Assembly: GCF_018977255.1 (NCBI RefSeq)
Contig: NW_024704742.1
Coordinates: forward strand, 24,616,001 to 24,680,000
DNA from: Callorhinchus milii
Lineage: Eukaryota
Length of the DNA stretch: 64,000 nt
Direction: 5' to 3'
Shown: positions 25,214-38,640 of the stretch, piece by piece
Numbering within the stretch: position 1 is the stretch's first letter
Layout: each line of letters begins with the position of its first letter
Notes under the pieces: model-generated
Seen by the model: the letters and a program-made list of their open reading frames with translations, nothing else
The model's database searches: none
Told to the model about the DNA's origin: nothing
Position numbers and translations under genes: made by a program

Positions 25214-26322
25214 GACCACAACCCTACCTGAGAGAGATTCTTAAATTAGTCCAGAGTCTTAGCTTCAACCACCTTTGGTAACCAGTTCGAGTCATCGATT
25301 GCCCCTTGTGTAAACAAATACTTCCTGAGTTCCGTGTCAGAATTGCTATAATAATAATACCTCCACAAGTATGTGGAGTCCTGTAGCTTAGTGGTTAGAG
25401 CTCTTGCCTCACAAGTGAGAGACCTGGGTTCGATTCTCGGAAGGATGAAATGTTGAGCAAGTTTCCTTACTGCACACGCCTCTGTTTACGCAGCAGTAAG
25501 TAATAATAATAATAATAATGATCCTTAAATTTGATATAGCCCTTTCCATTTCTTCTAGACGTCTCAAAGCGCTTCACAGAATATGCTGTAAAGTGAATTG
25601 ACTGTATATTTGTGGGCAAAACACGGCAGCCAATGGCGCACAGCAGTGTCCCACAAACAGTCATGGATTGAAAATGACCAATTTATTATTGTTTTGTTTT
25701 GGAGGGATTATTATTAGGCGTGTGGAGTAAGGAAACTTGCCCAAGGTTTTGCTCTGCCTGGAATTTAACCCAGGTGTCCCGGGATCCGTTACTGTAAAGC
25801 GCTCTAAGACGCCGTCCGGCATGGAGGGCGCTATATAAATCCAAGTTGTTGTTGTGGTTGTTGTTGTTGCTTGCAAGGCGAGTGCTCAAACCACTGAGCT
25901 GCAGAACTCCTCTACAGAACAGCTACAGTCAATTCACTCTACAATATATTCTGTGAAGCGCTTTGAGATGTCTAGAAGAAATGGAAAGCGCTATATCAAA
26001 TTTAAGGATCATTATTATTATTATTATTATTATTACTTACTGCTGCGTAAACAGAGGCGTGTGCAGTAAGGAAACTTGCTCAACATTTCATCCTTCCGAG
26101 AATCGAACCCAGGTCTCTCACTTGTGAGGCAAGAGCTCTAACCACTAAGCTACAGGACTCCACATACTTGTGGAGGTATTATTATTATAGCAATTCTGAC
26201 ACGGAACTCAGGAAGTATTTGTTTACACAAGGGGCAATCGATGACTCGAACTGGTTACCCAAGGTGGTTGAAGCTAAGACTCTGGACTAATTTAAGAATC
26301 TCTCTCAGGTAGGGTTGTGGTC
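25214..26322. repeat. Inverted duplication, arms 25214-25606 and 25924-26322
   Basis: Reverse-complement match of ~395 bp including non-repeat-looking sequence and two SINE halves. Confidence 0.95.
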
Positions 26323-27114
26323 ATCCGTGTGGCTAAATAGTTTGAATGGTCACTCATAGTCTATGCTCACACATAGGTATTTATGCAACACATCAGAGTG
26401 TGCTGGCATCATTCAAACTATGTTCTCGTGTGAATCACAACATTCAGGGGAGGTGTGATTGGGGGCAAAGGCAGTAGGGATGACACTATATGCAAATAAA
26501 GATGTGATTAATTGCAATATCAAATGCAACGAATATTATTATCATTATTATTGCTATCAGGGAATATATAAACAAAATATGGTTCTGAAAAGAAAAAAGC
26601 AGCAAGTAATGCATTAAATAGTCATATACTTGAGTGCTTGATCCCTGGGAAGTGTGAAATCAAGTAAGTTATTGGAGATGCAGGCACTGCTGTCAAGCCT
26701 ATTTCTGTCGAATAATGATCTGAATAAACTGATGGATATCACTGAAAAGGTGGCCTATGTATCATGTATCAGGCACTGATAATGTATCAGGCACTGGAAG
26801 TTAGTTTGTACATTCACCTCCCGCCTCCCTCTCCCCCGGCTCATTGTCAGACTCTGCCATTGTGGAGCGCTCTGGTGCGCTACGCTGTGTGAAGCGCTAT
26901 ATAAATGCTAGTTGTTATTGTTGGTCTTGTTGTTATATGATACCTGATGCACATAGGCCTTTCTTGACCAGGCTTTTCAAGTAGAGGACAGGGGATGATG
27001 AGTTAAAGAGGAGTTAGTGATGCAGAACAAAAGGCGGGGGTGACAAAAGAACTTGCAACAAAACAGGGAGATCAGGGAGAGAAAAGGTGTGTCTGGGACC
27101 AGGATGATGTGGCA

Positions 27115-27501
27115 ATCCTCACCCTTGTATTCAATTCCCTGCACTCCTCTGCACCCCACTATCTCTCTGGCCTCCTCTTCCTCAAAACAGTACGCGTTGC
27201 CTTCGTTCCACCGGATCTGGCCTCCTCCTCATCCCCCGAGTCCTCCGCTCCACTCACGGCGGCCGTGCCTTCAGCCACTATGCTCCAAGGTTTTGGAACT
27301 CCCTTCCTCACTCCCTTCGTCTCGCTCCCTCCCTTCCTATTTTCAGGTCTCTGCTGAAGACCTTTCTTTTCGACCGCGCCTTTGGTCACCTTCCTCTCCC
27401 TCCCCCTGGCTCGGCCCCGGGATCCGTTACTGTAAAGCGCTCTGAGATGCCGTCTGGCGTGGAGGGCGCTATATAAATCCAAGTTGTTGCTGTTGTTGTT
27501 G
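27115..27501 (+). mobile_element. L2 3' fragment (second family)
   Basis: Matches the 3' ends at ~13855-14243 and 36262-36563. Confidence 0.87.
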
Positions 27502-28473
27502 TAATGGTCACAGAAGAGGGGGAGGGGGAGGGGGAGGGGGGGTGGCGAGGGATAAATTCTATAAATTCTAGAAATTTGATTTGCAAATTCATGTCTCTGT
27601 GATTTTTGTGAACTGTCAAACCTCTCACCAAAGTCTTGCACCAACCAAAAGCTGCTTCTATAAAGAAGTCAAGGCTGTTGCTATTATGTTGTGGTTTGGC
27701 AAGTTCTGTAAAGATTCAGTTTCATGTAATTTTCTTACTGTCAGTTCTGCAAGGACACTAATGTAGATAACTGAAGAGTAAGCAAGTATCATTTTCCAGT
27801 AATACTTATTGTTTTTTGCGCTCTGGGATGTCACCCTGCGTATATATAATATACTCTGTATAAATGCAAATTGTTGTTATTTGCGCAGTAATCCCGAAAC
27901 AAAGCTACGCAACCTTGATATGGTTCAGTAGTCCCTGTACTGCTATTATTGGCTTTACTTTTTGTGAGTTGAGACTCCATCTTTGTCCTGCTCATTTCCT
28001 ACAGACGGTTGACTGTAAGCAGTTTGCACTGAGATAATCTGCCAATTATTGATTACATTTGCTTCAGAAAATCAAATCAAATGAACTTTACGCTTACAAT
28101 TTTATTGTCTTTTGAACGGAAAGCATCAAAACCATAATTTGTGGAACTTGATACTGAAATCTCCGCAGGTAAGAATACTGTTTTAAGTAACTCAAAGAGA
28201 ATATGTTTGTTTCCACTTGCTTTGTATTTCTTATGGAATAGGAGTTAGGTTCCATGAGTGAGGGGAACTAAATTACACAGTTGAACAATTAATGAGGTTT
28301 ACAAGGACTAAAAAAAACCTAAATATGTTATTTTGCAGTAGTTAACAACTAAAGGAAGTTTCATCTCTCAAAATGTTTTCAAACCTTTAGTCTTAAAATA
28401 GAAGCATTTCAGGGTTGAAAACACAGGTGCGCAATCTGAAGTGACGCTTTTGAGAATAATTAATGATGTATAG

Positions 28474-28847
28474 CAATAATAATAATCCTTGCATTTGATA
28501 TAGCCCCTTATCACATCTTCAAGACGTCTCAAAACGCTTCACAGAACATACTGTAAATTTAATGGACTGTATATTTTGTGGACAAAAAGCGGCATCCAAT
28601 TGTGCACAGCAGTGTTCCACAAACAGTCTTGGATTGAGTGACCAAATTATTATTTTTTTAAGGAATGATTAACCCCTGTAAAAGTGATCCGCCAATTGAC
28701 TAACAACCGGGTACCTACTTACTGTTATGTAAACAGAGACGCATGCAGTAAGGAAACTTGCCCACGGTTTTGCCCTGCTGGGAATCAAACCCAGGCCTCT
28801 CGCTTGCGAGGCGAGTGTTCTAACTACTAAGCTACAGGACTCCACAT
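28474..28847 (-). mobile_element. Full-length tRNA-derived Deu-type SINE
   Basis: Reverse complement of the SINE family at 11284. Confidence 0.87.
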
Positions 28848-29752
28848 GATAGTTACTATGGGATCTAAATGAGATGCATTTTAGAAGAAGCGAAGTAGAC
28901 AGACAAGGAAGAAGGGAATATAAGGGAGGGAGTAAGGAGTGGATGGCGAATGGAGCATGTGGTGTACAAACACCAGGATGGACTAGCTGGGCCGAATGGC
29001 CTCTTTCCGTGCTGGAAATCAATGTAAAGTTTATTTAATATTTAGCTAGTAGTTTGTGGATAATCTTAGAATGTAAAGACCCCTTTGCACAGTTTTTCAC
29101 AATTTGTTTCACATTTTAGCACTTGAGATAATCCTTGCATTTGAAATAACGCTTTTCACGTCTTCTAGACGTCTCAAAGAGCTTCACAGAATATGCTGTA
29201 AAGTGAATTGACCGTATATTTGTGGGTGAGATTTACACTCATCCTCCTATCTCTACCCTCCCCTGTCCTCCACACCTCTTGCTCCCAACTCCCAGTTCGG
29301 GTTCAAATCCTTGACTGTCCAGCACCTTGGGACATCCTCCCGATGTGAAAGGTGCTATACAAATATAATTTCCCGTCGTTGTTTTGTATCCTTTTAGCAG
29401 ATACATATGTGGTTATGGTCATGAAATTTTCAGTCATATGGATAAATTGCAATGCTTTTTCTGGTAGATCTCTTAATAAGAAATGTGTAATTAGCAAATT
29501 TCAGTACGTTCACATGTAGAAATTTCATCTTGATTTACTCTGGATGGGAACAAATTAAGCCCCTAAAATTGAAGACTTCATGAGAAACCACCATAATTCC
29601 TACAAAGTACGCGGTCACTTTGCCTTAAATCCCGTGAAACACTTTGAGATATCCTGCTGATGTGACAAGAAATATATTAAATACAATGATTATTAATGAT
29701 GAGAGGGCCTTTATGAGGGTCTCAGGGGGTAGCCTTTTTCAAGGGCGGTAGA

Positions 29753-32063
29753 GGATCCTCCTTGTCTACCGCCCCCCCAAGCCCCCCCGGCTCCTTCCAC
29801 ACAGACATCTCCACGCTCCTCTCTTCCTGTTCCTCTGTTCCGAGCACCTACTCATAATGGGTGATTTCAACCTCCGCCTAAACTCCCCTTGCACCACTTC
29901 TGCTGATTTCACTGCCCTCCTCTCCTCCCTAAACCTAACCCTTCATATAAACTCACCCACCCACAACCGTTTTCATGCACTTGACCTCGTCATCACCCAT
30001 GGCCTTGACATTTCCGGCCTCAGCATAGTGGCCAAGGCCATCTCGGACCACTTTTTCATCTCCTTCTCCTCTCACATCCCTCTCTCCTCCACCAAGCCCT
30101 CAACCATCCTCTACCGCCCTTGGAAAAGACTAGCCCCTGAGATCCTCACAAAGGCCCTCTCTTCATCAAACATCCTATCCCTCTGGCCTTCCACCCGCGG
30201 AGATCTTGAAGCAGCCGTCCAGCTGATCCATGATCGCCTCTCCTCCACCTTTAACTCCCTCGTCCCCCTGAAATCCAGGACCTTCTCCAAATCCACCCGA
30301 TCCCACTGATACAACAACCATCTCCACTGCCAAAAAACCCAAACCTGTCTGCTTGAGCGCAGATGGCAGAAAACTGGCCTGACAGTTCACCACCAACTGT
30401 GGCTCGAGCATCTCCACAGCTACCGCTGTTCTTTGACATGTGCAAAAACGGCCTTCTACTCCAACATCATCTTGGAGGCTAAACACAACCCTAAAATCCT
30501 TTTTTCCACCACCCACTACCTCCTCCATGCCCCCCTCAGGCCTCCTCAATCTTCATATCAAATGCCAAGTGCGGGGAGGTCATGGACTTCTTTTCATCTA
30601 AAATACTTAACATCCACCAGGCAGCTTCATCCACCTGCCCCTTGTCACCCACCACCATGGCATCTCTGTCCCCCTCACCTTCCTCATCATCTGCTCCTAC
30701 CACCACTCCCATTCTACATTCTTTCCTCCCCATCTCTCCTCCTCCCTCTCACCCACCATCACCTCCATGAAACCCACTATCAGCTGCCTCGACCCTCCCC
30801 ACCAACTTACTAGTCACACAGCTCCCCCTTTTCTGCCCACTACTGGCTGACATCATCAACTAGTCCCTCTCCTCCGGATCAGTCCCTGCCCCCCTAAAAC
30901 TGCTGTCATCACCCCCCTCCTCAAAAAACCTTCCCTAGATCCCTCAAACCCCAGCCACTACCGCCCTATTTCTAATCTGCCCTTCCTCTCAAAAGTCCTA
31001 GAATGCATTGTTGCCAACCAACTTCGCGCACATCTCTCCTCCCACTCCCTCTTCGAACCCTTCCAGTCCGGTTTCCGCGCTGCCCACAGTACAAAGACTG
31101 CGCTTGTGAAAGTCACAAATGACATCCTCTCTATCTGTGACCAGGACTCCCTCTGCCTCCTTGTCCTCCTGGACCTCTCCGCCGCGGTCAACACAGTCGA
31201 TCACGCCATCCTCCTCCACCGCCTTTCCTCCGTCATCCACCTCAGTGGGACCGCACTCGCCTGGTTCGAGTCTTACCTCACGAACCGCCAGCAGCACATC
31301 TGCACAAACGGCTCCTCCTCCCACTCTCACCCGGTTACCTGCAGGGTACCCCAAGGATCCATCCTTGGCCCCCTCCTCTTTCTGATCTACATGCTCCCTC
31401 TTGGGGATTTCATCCGCAAACATGGGATAACACTTCCACATGTATGCAGATGACACCCAACTCTAGTTTTCCCCCTCTCTTTGTGACCCCCAGTCCCCTG
31501 ATGTTCTGTCAGCCTGCCTATCAGACCTCAGGGTGTGGATGAGCGCAAGTTTCCTTCAGCTGAACGTTGACAAGACGGAAGCCGTACTCTTGGCTCTCGT
31601 CAATGTCTAAAATCTCACGGCTCTCACCTCCTTCACCTACCGAACCTCCCCCTAAAACTCTCTGAACCAGTACGAAACCTAGGCATCAGGTTCGATCCCT
31701 AATTATCCTTCCTCCCCCACATCCGGTCCCTCACCAGCACCGCTTTCTTCCACCTCCGACGCATCACCCATCTCCGCCAATACCTCTCCCCAAAAGCCGC
31801 TGAAACCCTGGTCTATGCCTTTGTCACCTCTCGGATGGACTACTCTAATGCCCTTCTCACCGGCCTCCCCTCTACTACCATCCATAAAATCCAAATCATT
31901 CAAAACTCTGCTACCCGCATTCTCACCCGCACGAAAGTCCACTCCCCGATCACCCCAGTCCACGCCAGACTGCATTGGCTGCCTATCCCAGAGAGGATCG
32001 ATTTCAAGATCCTCACCCTTGTATTCAAGTTCCTGCACTCCTCTGCACCCCCCTACCCCTCTG
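29753..32063 (+). mobile_element. L2 LINE (second family), 5' part; resumes at 36262-36563
   Basis: MGDFNL, HALDL, FQSGF, PQGSILGP, LHWLPIPERIDFKIL; cut by a CR1 insertion. Confidence 0.92.
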
Positions 32064-32556
32064 TAGGGGTAATAGTGGATGATTTCAATCGCCACATAGA
32101 TTGGGAAAACCAAATCAGCAAAAGTAGGTTAGAAGAAGAGTTCATTGAGTGTATGAGAGATAACTTTCCAGAGCAACATGCCGAGGAACCAACTAGGGGA
32201 CAGACCATCCTGGATCTTGTTTTGTGTAATGAAACAAGGCTAGTCGGCAGTGTAGGTATTAAGACTCCTCTAGGGCAGAGTGATCACAATATGATTGAAT
32301 TCTGCATTAAGTTAGAGAGGGATATAATTAAATCCGAGGCAAGTATTCTGAATTTAAATAAGGCTAATTTTGTAGGTATGAGGAAAGATTTAGGTAAAAT
32401 AGACTGGAGAATAAGATTAAGAGGTAAAACTGTAGACCAACAGTGGCAAATATTTAAGGATGTAGTGCATAATTCTCAGCGGTCGCATATTCCCTTGCGG
32501 AATAAGAGTACCACAGGGAAAGCAATTCATCCGTGGCTAACTAGAGCAGTTAGGGA

Positions 32557-33476
32557 ACAACAACAACAACAAGATTCCATTTATAGAAGCGCCTTTCACG
32601 TCGGGAGGACGTCCCAAAGCGCTGGACAGTTGGGTCAGGATCCGAGCAGGGGGGAAATGGTCAGGGTGGGGGGAGGGAAGGGAGGGGGCAAGGAGGGGGT
32701 AGAGAGTTGAGAGGGGAGCTGAAGGCACGGTCAAAGAGATCGGCCTTGAAGGAGGAAAGGGAGGAGGCAAGGCGAAGGCACTGGGGGATAGAGTTCCAGA
32801 GCCTAGGGACTGAGAAGCTGAAGGCCCGGCCACCGATGGTAGGGCGGTTGGGGCGGGGGATGTGGAGCAGATCGGAGTCAGAGGAACGGAGGGTACGGGC
32901 AGGTAGATAGGGGGATAGTAGGTCGGAGAGGTAGGAGGGAGCGAGGCCGTGAATGGCCTTGTAGGTGAGGATGAGGATCTTGAATTCGATCCTCTGGGGG
33001 ATGGGGAGCCAGTGGAGGCGAGCGAGGGTGGGAGTGATGTGGTCCCGAAGCCTGGTGCGGGACAGTACACGAGCTGCAGAGTTCTGAATGACCTGCAGCT
33101 TGTGGAGGGAGGTGCCGGGAAGGCCGACGAGGAGAGAGTTCCCATAGTCCAGCCTTGAGGTGATAAAGGCGTGGACCAGAGTTTCAGCAGCGTGAGGGGT
33201 GAGGTAGTGCCGTAGTCTGGCGATGTTCCGGAGGTGATGGAAAGCGGTGCCACTTGTGGCGCGGATGTGGGGAAGAAAGGACAGCTCAGGGTCGAACAGA
33301 ACACCGAGGTTCCTGACCGGCTTTGAGAGGTGGAGAGTGCAGCCTTGGATGCTGATGCTGTCAGCGCCTGAGGTGCGGAGGCGCTGACGTGAGCCAATCA
33401 GGAGGGCCTCAGTTTTACGCATGTTGAGCTGAAGAAAGTTGTCTCTCGTCCAGGACTCGATGTCAGACAGGCAGGC
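32557..33476 (-). mobile_element. Young L2 3' portion inserted in CR1
   Basis: 253-aa open L2 ORF2 C-terminus; candidate TSD AGGGA at 32552-32556 and 33477-33481. Confidence 0.92.
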
Positions 33477-34812
33477 AGGGAAAGCATCAAATTAAAACAA
33501 AAAGCTTATAAAACTGCCAAAAAAAAGCAGCAAATCTGAAGATTGGGAGGCTTTTAGAAACCAACAAAAAAAACCTAAAAAACTCATTAAGAGCGAGAAA
33601 AAGGAACATTAAGTCAGATTGCAAAGGTTTTTACAAATACATTAAGAGGGATAGGCTAGTGAGGGTAAATGTAGGTCCACTTCAGTCAGAGACGGGAGAA
33701 GTTGTAATGGGGGATAAGGACATGGCAGAGTCCCTAAATTAGAAGACACAACCAATCTGCCAACAATAGGGATGCACCAAGGGGATAAGGACAGGGAGCA
33801 ACTTAGGGAAATTTTCATTGGTAGAGAATTGGTGCTAGGGAAACTGTTAGTACTAAAGAGTGACAAATCCCCTGGTCCGGACGGCTTGCATCCCAGGGTT
33901 TTAAAAGGGGTATCTTATGAGATAGTGGAGGCCTTGTGTCTGATTTTCCAAAATTCCTTGGATTCTGGAACAGTCCCCATGGATTGGAAGATTGCAAATG
34001 TCATACCACTATTTTAAAAAGGTGGAAAGGAAAGGATGGGAAACTATAGGCCAGTTAGTCTCACATCACTGATAGGAAAAATTTTAGAATCGTTGATTAA
34101 GGATGTGGTAGTGCGGTATTCAGGGGAGCACAATATAATTAGGCCAAGTCAGCATGGCTTTACAAAAGGGAAGTCATGTTTAACAAATTTCATAGAATTG
34201 TTTGAGGATATTTCGTGTAAACTAGATAAGGGTGAATCAGTGGTTGTGGCCTATTTAGACTTCCAGAAGGCATTCGATACGGTGCCACATAAAAGGTTAG
34301 TCCAAAAGATAGGGGCCCACGGAATTGGGGGGAGCATATTAACATGGATTGGGGAATGGTTAACGGGTAGGGACAAATAGTAGGGATAAACGGGTCCTTT
34401 TCAGATTGGCGGGATGTGACTAGTGGAGTGCCACAAGGATCAGTCCTTGGGCCTCAGCTATTTACCGTCTACATCACTGATCTAGATGAGGACATCGAAG
34501 TTAATATATCTAAATTCGCGGATGACACAAAACTAGGAGGAAGTGTCAACACAGAGGATGACATTAAAAAAATGCAGCGAGACATTGATAGGTTAGGTGA
34601 TTGGGCAGGTAGGTGGCAGATGAAGTATAATGTAGGGAAGTGCGAAGTCATCCACCTAGGTAGCAAAAACAGTAGAGCAGGTTATTTTTTAGAAGGGGAG
34701 AGATTGGAATGTGTTAGCGTCCAGAGGGACTTGGGTGTCCTTGTACACCAATCACAGAAAGTTAGTCTACAGGTGCAGCAGCAATTGGGAAGGCGAATGG
34801 TATGTTAGCATT

Positions 34813-35630
34813 CATAGAATCATAGAATTATAGAATCGTACAGCACAAAAAGAAACCATTCGGCCCATCGAGTTTGTGCCGGCTCTTTGATTAGAGCAAT
34901 TAATGTCAATCCCACTCCCCGGCCCTTTCCCCATAACCCGGGTTTCGTCCTCCTTAAATACCCGTCCACCGCGTTTTTAAAAGTAGTTATCAAATCGGCC
35001 TCCACCACCCTTTCAGGCAATACGTTCCAGATTCGAACAACTCGCTGCGTGAAAAAAATTCTTCTCACCTCCCCTCTGCTTCTTTTGGAGACTATTTTGA
35101 ATCTGTAACCTCGAGTCACCGACACACCCACCAGTGAAAACAGTTTTTCCCTTTCTACCCTATCATATCCCCTCATGATTTTGAAGACCTCTATTAGGTC
35201 TCCTCGTAACCTTCTCTGCTCCAATGAGAACAATCCCAGTCTCTCGTGCCTTTCCTCATAATCAAGGTCGCTCATTCCTGGTACCATCCTTGTAAATCTC
35301 CTCTGCACCCTTTCCAATGCTTTAACATCCTTCCTATAGTGTGGTGCCCAGAATTGGGTGCAGTATTCCAACTGAGGCCTAACCTGTGCTTTATATAGGT
35401 TAATCATAACCTCCTGACTCTTGTACTCTATGCCCCTGTTTATAAAGCCTAGTATCCCATATGCCCTTTTTACAGCTTTATCTACCTGTCCTGCCACCTT
35501 CAAGGATTCATTTACCTGCACCCCCAGGTCTCTCTGTTCTTTCACCCCCCTTAAGATTGTATCACCTAACCTATATTGCCTCCCCTCATTCTTTCTACCA
35601 AATTGCATTACCTCGCATTTCTCCACATTG
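34813..35630 (-). mobile_element. Young CR1 3' portion inserted antisense in CR1
   Basis: Open CR1 ORF2 C-terminus (KCEVMQFG...LEYCTQFWAP...FFTQRVV); tctatga-like tail repeats. Confidence 0.92.
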
Positions 35631-36261
35631 AAAGGATTATGAAAGGATTAGAGTATAAGAGTAGGGAAGTCTTGCTGCAACTGTATAGGACCCTGGTGAG
35701 ACCACACCTGGAATACTGTGTGCAGTTTTGTCTCCTTATTTAAGGAAGGATGTACTTGCCTTGGAGGGGGTGCAGCGTAGATTTACTAGGTTAGTACCAG
35801 GGATGAAGGGGATGAGTTACGAGGATAGGCTGACCAATTTGGGCCTATATTCTTTAGAATATAGAAGAATTAGAGGGGATCTTTTTAGAAACCTATAAGA
35901 TCATCAAAGGGCATGATAGAGTAGATAGTGGGAGATTGTTTCCCCTGGTTGGAGAAACTAAAACCAGGAGTCACAACTTTAAAATCAGAGGCCAGCCCTT
36001 TCGCACTGAGTTGAGGAAGAACTTCTTCACTCAAAGGGTGGTGAACGTATGGAACTCTCTACCCCAAAGGGCTGTTGATGCTCAGTCCTTGAACATATTC
36101 AAGACTGAGATAGATATATTTCTTATTGCAAAAGGGATTAAGGGATATGGGGATAAGGCAGGGTTATGGTATCAACTGGAGTTAGATTAGAAGATCAGCC
36201 ATGATTGAATGGCGGGGCAGGCTCGAAGGGCCGAATGGCCTACTCCTACATGTTATGTTAT

Positions 36262-36563
36262 GTTGCCTTCGTTCCTCCGGGTCTGGCCTCCTCCTCGTCC
36301 CCCGAGTCCTCCGCTCCACCCTCGGTCGCCGTGCCTTCAGACACTATGCCCCAAGGCTCTGGAACTGCCTTTCTCACTCCCTTTGCCTCGCTCCCTCCCT
36401 TCCTATTTTCAGGTCTCTGCTGAAGACCTTTCTTTTCGGCCGCGTCTTTGGTCACTTTCCTCCCCCTCCCCCTGGCTCGGCCCCGGGATCCGTTACTGTG
36501 AAGTGCTCTGAGATGCCATCCGGTGTGGAGGGCGCGATATAAATCCAAGTTGTTGTTGCTGTT
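36262..36563 (+). mobile_element. 3' end of the L2 begun at 29753
   Basis: Collinear with the uninterrupted copy at 27115-27501 after a ~25-bp gap. Confidence 0.87.
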
Positions 36564-37299
36564 ATTATTATGCTATATTCTTAGCTTTTCAAAGCATCTA
36601 GCATTGACAAATTGTTGAATGAAGTTCTCGAAAGAACTTACAAAAAACTGGCTTCAAAAATTAAGACTGAATTCATCAAATGGATTTTTGGAATGCCAAA
36701 TCCCAATTTCGCTAGGATTTAGTTTTGTAACCTGCTTGAAATCATCTTTTAAACTACAATTTAATCCGTCACTAATAATAATTCTTACATATGGCCATAA
36801 TCTGCCTTTGTAAAGAGCTCAACATGAAGAGTGCTGTATAAATGCAAGTTGTCGTTGTTGTACAGTGTTTATAAGTTATTTTTTATGACGAGAGCATTTT
36901 TACAGAGATTTAAAACACTTTATTTCACTGCTTCCAGAATCAAAGGAATTATCTGTGGTAACCTACCTTGCAACATGGCTAGGATAGCTTCTGCAGTAAT
37001 TAACTCACCAAAAGTTAAAACTGACTTTAACGTCAAATATTTACATGAACAATTTGGTTGAAAAATATTGGCTCATGTCATAATTGTATTTACTTGTTAG
37101 ATTAAATGTTTCTGCGTATCCAGTTCTTTCTTATATGATTCTATTGATCCTGGATAAAGCCATTTCACCCGCCTATGTCTCTCCTAAAGGCCAGATAGAG
37201 AAGCCTCAGCTGACTTTTTTTTACATAACAATAACTTGCATTTATATAGCGGTCTACACTCCAGATGGCGTCCAAGTGGTGGTTAACAATGGCGGAGCC

Positions 37300-38640
37300 C
37301 AATGCAATCTTAAAATGGGGAAAGAGGGGGCAAGGCGAAGGGACTGAGGGAGGGAGTTCCATAGTGCTGGGGGACACAGGGCAGGAGGATGAGGCTGCCA
37401 GGCAGATGTTTTCTATTTTGGAGGTAAGGAGATCCATGACCTCTTCACACTTGGCATTTGATGTAATGATTGAGGGTGCTAGAGGGGTGCACGGAGGACG
37501 TGGTGGGTGGAGTTTAGAGTTATTTTTGGCCTCCAGAATGATCTTTGAGTAATACACAGTTTTTGCTTGCGAGAGGGAGCGGCAGTAGGTGTGAAGGTGC
37601 TTGAGCCACAGATGGTGGTGAACTATGAGGCTGGTTTTTTGCCATTTGCTTCGAGTAACCAGGTTTGTGATTTTAGGGAATGAAGATGGCTGTTGTACCG
37701 GGGGAGCGGGAGCATTTGAAGACAGTCCTGGATTTCAGGGAGCCAAGGGAGTTCAAGGTGGAGGAGAGGCAATCATGGAGCAGCTTGATGGCTGCATCAG
37801 GATTGCTGCGGGTGGTAGGCCAGAGGAAGAGGAGGTCTGAGGATGGAAGGGCATTTGTGAGGGTCCCGGGGACTGTCTTTTCCATGGGTGGAAAAGGATG
37901 GTGGAGGGCTTGATGGAGGGAAAAGGGATGCAAGAAGAGAGGGAGACAAGGAAATGGGCTGAGAGGGCCTTGTTGGTGATTGATAGGCCAGAGATATCTA
38001 AGCTGTGGGTGATAACAAGGTCCAGGGGGTGGCCATGGTTATGGGTCAGGGAGTTCATATGGAGGATGAGATTTAGGGTGGAGAGGAGTGCAGTGAAGTC
38101 AAAGGAAGTGGGGCAGGAAGAGTTGAGATGAAGGCTGAAGTTGCCTGTGATGAGCATGCATTCAGTGCAGAGGGACAGGGATGAGAGGAGAGAGATGTCC
38201 ATGAGGAAGGAGCCAGGAAGTTTTGGGAGGAGCAGTGCACAAGGAGGAATTTGAAGGAGAGAGGAGGGATGGTGGAGGTGCTCAAAAGAAGGGAAACAGC
38301 CAGAGGAATAGTGGGGTAGATTAAGAGAGATTTGGGAGATGAGGGCCACACGACTGCCGAGATGGTTGGGGTGGGGTGGGGGTGACGGAGTTGCCGGAGG
38401 GCGGCCAGGTTTCCATGAGCCCTACGATGTCAACTTGCTCATCTAGGATGGGGTGGTGGATGGTGAGGGCTTTGTTTGAGAGGGAGCGAAGTTTTGGAGG
38501 GTGATGCTGGTGGGGGCGCTGATGGGATTGGATGCTGGGGAGAGGGTGTTGCAGATTGTGGGGGGAGAGCAACTGTGGGATTTGAGGGGGGAGGAGAGTT
38601 GTGAAGGGTGGGAGTGAGGGAAGGGTTTGCCTTATAGGTG
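37300..38640 (-). mobile_element. Degenerate L2 5' portion (APE region) in the intron upstream of TLR2-B
   Basis: LSNKALTIH, GLMETW, GHPLDLVIT, YYSKIILEAK remnants. Confidence 0.85.

Larger units (their letters stand above)
32064..36261 (+). mobile_element. CR1 LINE inserted in the L2, itself split by two antisense insertions
   Basis: DDFNRHIDW, SDHN, KSPGPDG, YRPVSLTS, GVPQGSVLGP, KFADDTKL, FFTQRVV; tail gggccgaatggcctactcct(atgtt)n. Confidence 0.92.

Noticed and set aside
31835..32710. 291-aa ORF as a novel gene
   Set aside because: Chance in-frame join of an L2 C-terminal piece, a CR1 endonuclease fragment and an antisense L2 tail.
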